DNA from: a virus
Strand: one strand, 5' to 3'
DNA length: 64,000 bases
IMG/VR virus record: IMGVR_UViG_3300018424_007835
Location: 45,718 to 109,717 of that record
The translations under genes were made by a program, and so were the position numbers. A model generated the notes under the pieces. It saw only the letters and a program-made list of their open reading frames with translations. It was not told where the DNA came from and did no database searches. Below, in pieces: positions 56,306 through 64,000 of this stretch (position 1 is the stretch's first letter; every line of letters begins with the position of its first letter).

Positions 56306-58105
56306 GTGGCTCAAAAATTTAAAACTAGTATCACCATTGATGATGCGACCAGTGCAGCGTCACAAGCGGTTGCAATCAATGTAACCGGTGACACCCAGAA
56401 CAGGTTAACTATTGATGCTGGTGGTAAAATTTCTTGGGGGCCAGGAGGAACAACAGCCGTAGATACCGTACTGTATCGGTCTGCTGCGGATACGCTAAAA
56501 ACGGACGATGCTTTTACCGCTACCTCGCTAGCGGTAACGGGCGCTTTCACATTACCCACGTCTGATGGTAGCGCTAATCAGGTTATGGTGACGAATGGGT
56601 CGGGTACTGTTACTTGGGCTAATCAGTCTGGCGGTGGTGGGGGTGGCGGTGTCACGGTTAGTGATACTCCGCCGTCTAGCCCTAGTTCGGGTGATTTGTG
56701 GTTTGAATCGGATACCGGTGTAACGTTTGTTTATTACGATAGTTTTTGGGTTGAGGTGGGGTCGTCTAATAGTGTGGCTGTTGGAGGGGACGGCGCTATT
56801 CAGTATGCTTCTAGTGGGGGGTTGGATGCTGATGACACTAATTTTGTATGGGATGCCACGAACACCCGGTTGGGTATTGGAACGTCTACCCCTAGTGATT
56901 TGCTGGAATTATCTGGCGGTAACTTGATTAGTGATGGGCATGTCACGGCTCAATCTGGAGGCGCTGATGGGGGCATTGTTCTTGGGCAGGCGTTTGGTTC
57001 AGGTTACGTCGGGTTGCGTACTGCTGGAATGTCTGAAACGTCTAGTGGGGAGTATGTCCTCATTTCTGATGGGACTAACAGTTTTTTGGGTGCGGGTACG
57101 GGGGGCACTACATATATTCGTGGTGGGGCAAATAGCACCGCATATGAACTGTCAATTAGCAATAGCGTGGCACAAATAAAAGGTAATTTGACAGTTGTCG
57201 ATAATGGTACCTCAGGGACCGGTAAGGTGCTGTTACCTTCGGCAGGGGGCGACGGCGGCCTTGCCTTAGAATCTTGGAATGCAAGCGGGTTCTTTGGGGC
57301 TATTGCAACAGCAAACATGACAAGCACCGAATACATGATGATTTCGGCAGGCACACATACTTATATTTCGGCAGCGACTGGCTCTAATGTTTATATTCGG
57401 GCTGGGGCAAACTCTGGAACTCATGAACTCTGGCTTGAACAATCATCAGGTAAAACTTATATTGAAACAACTAATGGGGTGTTCATAGACAATGTGCTTA
57501 ACATGGAGCCGCTCACTGCTACCGAAGGGGGAGAAATAGCCCTGCTCCACGGCACATCTGGGCTGCAAGACGCTGTTTTGGATAATTACCACAGCGGTAG
57601 CACGTATTTTAGAGTGGTTGGTGATTCAACCGTCATGTTCCGAGTACGTCTTGATACTCGCCTGTATGCGTTGGGCGGCACGGGACGGGATGTTTACATT
57701 AACTCTAATGACACGCTGGTGTACAATACGTCAACTCTTGATTTAAAGGAAAACATTGTTACAGTCACTGCTGAGAGTGTGGATGATCAGGGTCGCTCTG
57801 TGTTGGAACGGGCCCGCATGCTTGAGGCTCTTGAATATGAGTATTCGGCGGCCGCCGCTGACGCTGTTCCAGGTAATCGTTACATAGGTTTGGCCGCTGA
57901 GCATGTGCATGATTTGTTCCCAACTGCCACCACCGATTACTTAGATTACGACGAAGATGAGAACGGTGACCCAATTGAAGGAACGGGGCGACCAGTTGGG
58001 TGGGATAACCGGGCGATGATTGGTGTTCTTTGGGCGTTGTGGCGTGATTCTGACACAAAACTACAAGATGCTTTGAATAGAATTTCAGTATTGGAGGCCG
58101 GATAA
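56306..58105 (+). CDS. Tail fibre with C-terminal intramolecular chaperone
   Basis: LYRSAADTLKTDD, FTLPTSDG, SGDLWF, LGIGTSTP, S...LKENI, GLAAE.V, terminal coiled coil. Confidence 0.82.
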   Translation: MAQKFKTSITIDDATSAASQAVAINVTGDTQNRLTIDAGGKISWGPGGTTAVDTVLYRSAADTLKTDDAFTATSLAVTGAFTLPTSDGSANQVMVTNGSGTVTWANQSGGGGGGGVTVSDTPPSSPSSGDLWFESDTGVTFVYYDSFWVEVGSSNSVAVGGDGAIQYASSGGLDADDTNFVWDATNTRLGIGTSTPSDLLELSGGNLISDGHVTAQSGGADGGIVLGQAFGSGYVGLRTAGMSETSSGEYVLISDGTNSFLGAGTGGTTYIRGGANSTAYELSISNSVAQIKGNLTVVDNGTSGTGKVLLPSAGGDGGLALESWNASGFFGAIATANMTSTEYMMISAGTHTYISAATGSNVYIRAGANSGTHELWLEQSSGKTYIETTNGVFIDNVLNMEPLTATEGGEIALLHGTSGLQDAVLDNYHSGSTYFRVVGDSTVMFRVRLDTRLYALGGTGRDVYINSNDTLVYNTSTLDLKENIVTVTAESVDDQGRSVLERARMLEALEYEYSAAAADAVPGNRYIGLAAEHVHDLFPTATTDYLDYDEDENGDPIEGTGRPVGWDNRAMIGVLWALWRDSDTKLQDALNRISVLEAG

Positions 58106-58335
58106 TGGCTATGGATTTTCCTGATTCGCCCGCAGTTAATGATACTTTCACGGTGGGCTCCCGCCAATGGAAATATGACGGAACCACGTGGTTGCTTGTA
58201 GGTACCCCTCGCAACAACTTTGGTACAACTGAGTCTGATGTTACTTCTCGCCCGAACTATGATACAGTTATTTTTATTGGATCTACAGAGCCTACTGTTG
58301 GGCAGTCGGGTGACGTGTGGATTGATAACTCATAA
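58105..58335 (+). CDS. Minimal fibre adaptor (76 aa)
   Basis: MAMDFPDSP...WKYDGTTW start and RP....IFIGSTEPT....GDVWID end, matching both ends of 28955-30019. Confidence 0.75.
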   Translation: MAMDFPDSPAVNDTFTVGSRQWKYDGTTWLLVGTPRNNFGTTESDVTSRPNYDTVIFIGSTEPTVGQSGDVWIDNS

Positions 58336-60050
58336 TGCGACAGACAAAGTGGACATACCTTACAGTCGATTCAACTACATCAACGTCGTTTGAAATTGTT
58401 GGCAATACGTCTGCTGGGGTTATTGCAGATTCGTGGGGAAGCGGAAATTCACTTTGGGCTGCGGTCATTTCATTAGAAGTCGGCATGCACGACAACGCTG
58501 CTGAGGCGTCATTCCAGTGTGGCCTTATAACTGATCCTACAGGCACTCCAACGTTTTACCCGCAGACGCCGACGTTTGACCACAGACCTCCAAGTGATAA
58601 TTCGTATACGACTGCTTCTCCTACTAATGATACGGGTAGGTGGCGTAGTTATGTTCGCATGTTTAGGTTTGCGGCGGATCCTTTCGGCAATGATACTGAT
58701 AATAATAATTTTGGTGTTGGGGTTCAGTTTAAGACGAGTAATTCTGCGGATCTTGCTTATGTTAGAGATTTGAACATTGTTTGCTTTAAGCTTGGGCCTA
58801 ATGATATTTGGTTGAGTGAAAGTAGTGTTTTTGGGGTGAGCAGTACAGGGAGTGGTATAGATGTGTACGGCGATTCTTACACGCTTTACCCCAACCAGTC
58901 TCCTTATTCATTAAACCCTGGGGCATATTTGGCGTTTGCTGAGTGTACTCGCACCCATACAAATAATAATAGGTCAGCGTGTAGGGTTCGTTTTAGGCCC
59001 GCTGGCTCGGATACGGGTGCTGTTGTGTTGGGTCATGGCGAGGATACGTTTCAAACAAATAGTTTAACTATAGGTCAGAATGGGATGGGTTTTGTAAATT
59101 TGGATGATTCTGATGATGAAATTGTGTTTGAGATTGGGAATGATAATGCTGGTGGGACGGTAACGTTAGAAACTGCGGCAGCTTTACTTATTGATATTGG
59201 CCGCCCGCAGGATTTGTCAGCGTCGGTTATTGATGTGCAGTCGTATTCAACTGGTCTTTCTATTATGGTAGGCGGCACATATACTCGTGTGTATTTACCA
59301 TCAGACCATCCTTTTGAGCAAGGCGACTTTTTCTATTTGAATCCGGGCGTGTCTGGGACTGCAAGTGAGGCCTTAAACCGTGAAGCACTTATTGGAGTTT
59401 TTCAAGTCCAGGGCACAGCTGTGCAGGGAGGAACTTATCATTTTATTGAGTTCAACACCCCCGCAGGGACCGGGTACACTGGGCAACTGCTTAATATTTT
59501 CAATGCGACTGATGCGATTGTGCGCACGATTCGTCCGTTAGTTGAGACACGAGAGGATACCCTGACCACTAACAGTCAGTCTTTTGTTTCTTATGACACG
59601 TTGGATTGGAATGATGACAGTTTAGACAACTTTTTCTGGTTGCTTGGATACACGGCAACGTCCAGCTTTGCGGGAACAGGCGGCTCGGGGGGGACGAGAA
59701 TTGTTTTGAGAAACACCCCTTCGGGAGGGTCGGTGGATCAGTTGTGCAATGCGGCCGGTGTCATTACAAACACAAGTAATCAGCAATTGACTTCTACTGG
59801 TTTTACTTTTAGGTATGGGGGGTCCGTTTCCAATACGCTAGAAATAGGGGTGGAGTCATACAATACGGGCCAGGCCAGTATACATGATTCATCTATATTT
59901 GCAATACCTTTCTTTTTCCCAGGCAATACCGTGTTAAAGTACGACGGGAGCGATTGGAATGTGACCGGGGTGCTTAAACACAGCACAGATTGGGAAACAT
60001 ACGAATGGGCTAAGGTATACGTACACGATGGGACAGATTGGGGTAATTAA
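58335..60050 (+). CDS. Putative receptor-binding beta-rich virion protein
   Basis: TAATG coupling; ends KYDGSDW...VYVHDGTDW. Confidence 0.65.
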   Translation: MRQTKWTYLTVDSTTSTSFEIVGNTSAGVIADSWGSGNSLWAAVISLEVGMHDNAAEASFQCGLITDPTGTPTFYPQTPTFDHRPPSDNSYTTASPTNDTGRWRSYVRMFRFAADPFGNDTDNNNFGVGVQFKTSNSADLAYVRDLNIVCFKLGPNDIWLSESSVFGVSSTGSGIDVYGDSYTLYPNQSPYSLNPGAYLAFAECTRTHTNNNRSACRVRFRPAGSDTGAVVLGHGEDTFQTNSLTIGQNGMGFVNLDDSDDEIVFEIGNDNAGGTVTLETAAALLIDIGRPQDLSASVIDVQSYSTGLSIMVGGTYTRVYLPSDHPFEQGDFFYLNPGVSGTASEALNREALIGVFQVQGTAVQGGTYHFIEFNTPAGTGYTGQLLNIFNATDAIVRTIRPLVETREDTLTTNSQSFVSYDTLDWNDDSLDNFFWLLGYTATSSFAGTGGSGGTRIVLRNTPSGGSVDQLCNAAGVITNTSNQQLTSTGFTFRYGGSVSNTLEIGVESYNTGQASIHDSSIFAIPFFFPGNTVLKYDGSDWNVTGVLKHSTDWETYEWAKVYVHDGTDWGN

Positions 60051-60475
60051 TGACGTACGATGAACTTGTTAGCGCAAGCCAAAGCCACGCTCTATGGATT
60101 ACTACCGAAGGTAAAGATGTTTTGGAGGGGGAACGTTTAGTATTTACACTATCTTCTACGCTGGTGGAATCTACATCAAAGTTTGAATCTTTAGAGTTTA
60201 TGATTGCGGTGTTGGACGGGGGAGTTTTTGATAACTGCGAATTTGTTAACTGTAACTTTCAGGGGGCGTCTTTTGTTGGCTGTTCTCTGATTGATACCGT
60301 TTTTACCAGCTGCTCCTTAGCTGAAGCTGATTTTAGTGGGGCGGACATGACTGGAACTTCGTTTAATAATTGTGAAATGATTAGATCCAAAAATATGGAG
60401 GTCACAAACTCAACGTCTTTTTACCTATCGGCAGAGTACGCACAGTCCATTATTTCTCACATATACACAGGATAG
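60050..60475 (+). CDS. Pentapeptide-repeat protein
   Basis: FDNCE FVNCN FQGAS FVGCS LIDTV FTSCS LAEAD FSGAD. Confidence 0.85.
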   Translation: MTYDELVSASQSHALWITTEGKDVLEGERLVFTLSSTLVESTSKFESLEFMIAVLDGGVFDNCEFVNCNFQGASFVGCSLIDTVFTSCSLAEADFSGADMTGTSFNNCEMIRSKNMEVTNSTSFYLSAEYAQSIISHIYTG

Positions 60476-60488
60476 AGAGTAGCACACA

Positions 60489-60770
60489 ATGAGATATGTA
60501 TTTTTTAATTTAGACGTTGCCCAGCCCGACTCATTTTTAACAATAAATGGTGACGGGACATGGTCAGCGGAGCATACTGGGTACCGAGGCACGGTTACTC
60601 ATGATTTTGACGCCATGCTTGCGTGGATGGGAGATGACCCACAGCCCACGACTATTGAAGATTTCATCAAGGATGGGCTGCATAGATCCACCTCTGCAGT
60701 GTCTATTGAAACTGATGAGGGCATGATGGTGCAGTATGAGAAGCCAGACGGATTTGTCCCAGTGGATTAA
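60489..60770 (+). CDS. Hypothetical protein
   Basis: ORF in operon context. Confidence 0.6.
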   Translation: MRYVFFNLDVAQPDSFLTINGDGTWSAEHTGYRGTVTHDFDAMLAWMGDDPQPTTIEDFIKDGLHRSTSAVSIETDEGMMVQYEKPDGFVPVD

Positions 60771-60830
60771 CAACTGTAGGGCTAGTGGTCATCTGTTTAC
60801 TGCTAAACTATTTATAACAGGAGGTATGTT

Positions 60831-61970
60831 ATGACTAGTTCTATGAAAGTTGTTGTTGGTCTTATTGTTGGTGCTATGCTTTCTACGGCTGTTGCCACAG
60901 CCATGACCGACACTGATCGGGAAGCTGTTCAGACAGCATTAAGCCATGTGCAAGAAGCCGAGGCCATTTTGGAGGACATCCTGGCGCAACCCACGGATAC
61001 CGTTACTCCTGTGCCTACCGTGGTCACTTCGCCGCCGACGACCACTGACCCTCCAGTTAGTGGGGTGTACACGCCGTTGCCATTAACTTTGGCTGATTTT
61101 CCCAGCGATGAAGGTTATCACGTTGTGCCATTCCACCCTGACGCCTCTGGGGTGCAGATACGGTATCTCACTGGGGATGGCCAGAGCCCAGCGTTTGCTC
61201 TGCGTCTACCCGTGGCAGGTTCAGGGTTTGTCGATCCGCTGCTAGAGTCCTACAATCCAGATGGGCACGAACACACGTTTTTGGGTGTTGTGCCAACGTA
61301 CAACACTCCCGTAGCCTACTGGAATCAGCCAGGATGGGATGAGGCCGCCCCTGTACCATACATTCAAGACGACAACGGGCAGCTTGTTGCTGAAACGCCT
61401 GGCGTATGGATGCCCACGATGTTTGTCAATAATCAACGTGTGCGGTTGAACAGTGTGATCCCGGTGTATTACGAGTGCCATCGGACAACGGTTGCCCCTG
61501 GGCGAAGGGCGTATGCCTTACCTAATGGTGCAGGTTTTGTCACGGAGCAGCATCTGATTAAAGTGGTTGGGGACGCTTGGCGAATTACCTTTTTTGGCCC
61601 AATAGGGTTCCACGAATCTATTTCGACAAATCGTCTAGAATCTGCTACAGCGAATCGTGACCAGCTCTGGTTCCAAAGTGACGGACCGCTGCCCCCTGAA
61701 TCCGAGGGCTGGTATGCCACCCCGCAGGTTGAGGTGTATTGGCAGACCCGAGTTCCTTCTGATGTGGACTTCCCACGGCTTGTGCGATTTGGTAGCCCTA
61801 CCAATACTACAGTTACCGCTCACATGGATTATGTGTCGGCGGGCACTCCGCTTGGGAATAGCACGGTGACACAAATTCTTATTGACTGGGCGTGCAATCA
61901 GCCTGAGCCTAGCCCTTACTTTGTTGATGGGCGTCTGCGGGTTTTGGCGGTACAATTCCGCAATCAGTAG
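60831..61970 (+). CDS. Secreted DUF1996-like protein
   Basis: Signal peptide (..AVATA), Pro/Thr linker, DPLL....DGHEHTFLG, PGVWMPT, ALPNGAGFV, AHMDYVSA. Confidence 0.7.
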   Translation: MTSSMKVVVGLIVGAMLSTAVATAMTDTDREAVQTALSHVQEAEAILEDILAQPTDTVTPVPTVVTSPPTTTDPPVSGVYTPLPLTLADFPSDEGYHVVPFHPDASGVQIRYLTGDGQSPAFALRLPVAGSGFVDPLLESYNPDGHEHTFLGVVPTYNTPVAYWNQPGWDEAAPVPYIQDDNGQLVAETPGVWMPTMFVNNQRVRLNSVIPVYYECHRTTVAPGRRAYALPNGAGFVTEQHLIKVVGDAWRITFFGPIGFHESISTNRLESATANRDQLWFQSDGPLPPESEGWYATPQVEVYWQTRVPSDVDFPRLVRFGSPTNTTVTAHMDYVSAGTPLGNSTVTQILIDWACNQPEPSPYFVDGRLRVLAVQFRNQ

Positions 61971-62005
61971 TTGCGCTAGCTGCCTATGTTTGATAGACTA
62001 TGTTT

Positions 62006-62389
62006 ATGCAGAGAACAAACACACCTAAACGAGTAATTTTAGCGGAAGGGTACGCTGTCCCTGCTGACGAAAAGCAGTTTGAGCACATTGTTGCCACTTC
62101 CGTTAAGCCGGTTCTTGTTGACTTCTGGGCAGATTGGTGCGGTCCCTGCGAGATGCAGGCCCCAATTCTTGACGAGTTCGCCGCCAAGCATGCTTCGGAG
62201 ATGCGGGTTATCAAGGTAGAGGCGGATAAGCATCCGTTTTTGATGGAGCGTTTCAATATTCGCAACATCCCAACTATGATTGTGTTTGAGGAAGGCAAAG
62301 AAGCCGCACGAATGGTCGGTGCCCGGCCTTTGGACCTTCTGGAGAAGGAACTGTCCCAGTTTGTGGCGGTGGAAACGAAAGAGGCGTAA
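62006..62389 (+). CDS. trxA: Thioredoxin
   Basis: VLVDFWADWCGPC, IPT; leaderless from TTGCGC-17-TAGACT. Confidence 0.93.
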   Translation: MQRTNTPKRVILAEGYAVPADEKQFEHIVATSVKPVLVDFWADWCGPCEMQAPILDEFAAKHASEMRVIKVEADKHPFLMERFNIRNIPTMIVFEEGKEAARMVGARPLDLLEKELSQFVAVETKEA

Positions 62390-62390
62390 C

Positions 62391-62555
62391 ATGCCCGACC
62401 TGTGGGACGATTTACCAACTGAAATGTTCGGAGACCGCCCACCAGCCGAGATTTTGTCGAAGGACATGAAACGCCCGAAAGAAGTTCAAAACATTGAGAA
62501 AGGCAGCGATGCGACCCCTAACCGAGGTGTTTTCGGATCACCCGAAGTCAAATGA
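62391..62555 (+). CDS. Small hypothetical protein
   Basis: GAGG RBS, ATG 1 nt after the thioredoxin stop. Confidence 0.5.
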   Translation: MPDLWDDLPTEMFGDRPPAEILSKDMKRPKEVQNIEKGSDATPNRGVFGSPEVK

Positions 62556-62724
62556 CATGACCTACTTTGAGCACATGCGGTTTGCTTTAAGTTTATCTGT
62601 GGGGTTCTTAGTCATCGGCGTTTTATCAGTTGTACACGCCATTTTCCCTTTCTTATTTAAAGATTACGCTAGCTCTTTCGCTGAAGAGGTGCATCACACA
62701 TTAAATGTGGACAAATATCGCTGA
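62509..62724 (+). CDS. DUF6356-like small membrane protein
   Basis: HP....TYFEHMRFA...VHAIFPFLF...AS. Confidence 0.75.
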   Translation: MRPLTEVFSDHPKSNDMTYFEHMRFALSLSVGFLVIGVLSVVHAIFPFLFKDYASSFAEEVHHTLNVDKYR

Positions 62725-62777
62725 TTTGATTTTGTGACGAAGGTGTGATATACTCGACAGAGTAAGGAGTGTGAAGC

Positions 62778-63152
62778 ATGTCTAGTTCTGCGATGGCGCT
62801 TGCCGTTGCCGCTGCCGAGAAGTCTGACCATGTGAAGTGGAAGTTGGGATCTGTGCTGTGGCGTGGAGGTTCGGTCCTTTCCACGGCTTGTAATCGCATC
62901 CGCAATGATCCTGATGTGGTGGAGAGTAGTAAGTATTTTTTGTGTACTGTGCATTCTGAGGTGGCTGCTATTAAGGCTGCGGGGGATGTTTCGGGAGCTA
63001 AGTTGTTTGTGGCCCGCCGTCGTAGGGATGGGGGTTTGGGTTTGGCGAAGCCGTGTGATCGGTGTATGAAGGTTATTCGTGCTTCTGGTGTGCGCCGGGT
63101 CTTTTACACAAATAATGAGGGGCAGTGGGTGTCCATGCGCATTTACCCTTGA
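62778..63152 (+). CDS. Zinc-dependent cytidine/dCMP deaminase family protein
   Basis: HSE and KPCDRC motifs, G.RRVFY. Confidence 0.88.
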   Translation: MSSSAMALAVAAAEKSDHVKWKLGSVLWRGGSVLSTACNRIRNDPDVVESSKYFLCTVHSEVAAIKAAGDVSGAKLFVARRRRDGGLGLAKPCDRCMKVIRASGVRRVFYTNNEGQWVSMRIYP

Positions 63153-63177
63153 CAGTCGACGCAGTTTAATATAAAAT
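63149..63177 (+). promoter_or_regulatory. Promoter TTGACA-17-TAAAAT
   Basis: Consensus boxes. Confidence 0.7.
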
Positions 63178-63210
63178 AGTTTTGATAAACCAGTAGAATT
63201 GGAGTTTACT

Positions 63211-63837
63211 ATGAAGATAAGATATTGGATACTTGGCTTGGGTATGTGTGCAGCCGTAGGTGTGGGGTGCTCTGACACCGCCGAGCAGGTGCTAGCAGAC
63301 CAAGAAGCTGCCTCGGCTGATGAGGAAAGCTCGTCGGGCGAGTCGACCTCCATGCCTGCCGACGGCGTCGAGGGAGGCGACGACAGTGTAACCTACTTTA
63401 ACGATGAGGGTGAGGAGCAAGAGGTCTTTACCCTTAACAAGGATTCCGACAAGCAGGATGACCCTGAGCCTCCACCCCCGACGGCGCCACCTACAACCCT
63501 GTCGGAAGAGGATTGGATGTGGATTGAGTACAAGTTTGATTTGCGTGCAGGCACAACAATCTCTCCCGCTACCCTGGATTTGATGACTGATGATGGCATG
63601 GAAGACGTTACTGTTGATGTGGCGATTTCGTTGTGCGAGATGTTGGATGACCGGAAGTGGGATTCTGATCAGGTTAAGGATGCGTTTCTCGCAACAATGA
63701 GCGAGGAGATGGCTGCGGGTATGTACGATGTGGGTGTGTGGATGACCGCCGAGCAGGCGATTGAGTGGATGGCTGTAATGGGTATCAACTGGTGCCCTGC
63801 GACGTTGGATGCGTTCTCGGCGGGATACTCGACTTGA
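63211..63837 (+). CDS. Acidic lipoprotein
   Basis: MKIRYWILGLGMCAAVGVG|C lipobox-like; C..L...WCP C-terminal domain. Confidence 0.7.
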   Translation: MKIRYWILGLGMCAAVGVGCSDTAEQVLADQEAASADEESSSGESTSMPADGVEGGDDSVTYFNDEGEEQEVFTLNKDSDKQDDPEPPPPTAPPTTLSEEDWMWIEYKFDLRAGTTISPATLDLMTDDGMEDVTVDVAISLCEMLDDRKWDSDQVKDAFLATMSEEMAAGMYDVGVWMTAEQAIEWMAVMGINWCPATLDAFSAGYST

Positions 63838-63920
63838 CATAGTGCGCCGAGTGTGTTAGAATTACATTCTGTTGGATACTAAAGGAAAAAATAACATGAA
63901 GACGAAAGGAGCGACGGATC

Positions 63921-64000
63921 ATGGAAAACACTTTCGGAAGCCCTGCATGGATGATCGCAGGACTGGTGATATTGGCGCTCCCTGGCGTTCTGTGGTGGGC
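63921..64000 (+). CDS. 3'-truncated membrane protein
   Basis: AAAGGAG RBS; MENTFGSPAWMIAGLVILALPGVLWW; upstream TTGACA-17-TAGAAT at 63834-63862. Confidence 0.55.
   Translation, partial: MENTFGSPAWMIAGLVILALPGVLWW

Noticed and set aside
25808-60050. Diversity-generating retroelement or invertase shufflon acting on fibres
   Set aside because: No reverse transcriptase or recombinase, no adenine-specific template/variable repeat pair and no inverted gene fragments seen in this window.
1-64000. CRISPR array or mini-array
   Set aside because: No regularly spaced non-coding direct repeats seen; the long repeats found are in-frame coding repeats.
1-64000. Stop-codon reassignment
   Set aside because: Conserved genes are intact in the standard code, all three stops end genes, and the tRNA is not a suppressor.

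Overview
This window is a 64-kb piece of a tailed dsDNA phage genome with a contractile (myovirus-type) tail. Every credible gene lies on the + strand. The host is probably an actinomycete, inferred from leaderless TANNNT promoters, DUF1996-like genes and the endolysin type. Gene order: capsid module; intein-containing class II ribonucleotide reductase and small early genes; neck genes; a 1975-aa multidomain protein with three small trailing ORFs; sheath, tube, tail chaperone (-1 frameshift), tape measure and hub; a spike-fibre fusion and a first fibre/receptor-binding cassette; lysis genes; a replication/transcription block (nuclease, exonuclease, PolA, sigma-70, tRNA-Leu(CAA), DenV-like glycosylase); baseplate wedge genes; more fibres with a second, parallel cassette; and small accessory genes (thioredoxin, deaminase, lipoprotein). 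Most notable leads: (1) the giant protein, which looks like a virion-delivered polyvalent effector (glycosylase-like plus ADP-ribosyltransferase-like domains) followed by immunity-like ORFs; (2) two parallel fibre cassettes that appear to use a split 'plug-and-socket' docking module, each ending in a DUF1996-like gene, with a relic adaptor gene start showing past exchange; (3) a shared long-spacer promoter with structured leaders for capsid and sheath; (4) two structured intergenic RNA candidates; (5) patchy strand-specific G/T versus A/C skew that flips mid-gene. All family names come from motif recognition by eye, not from database searches.
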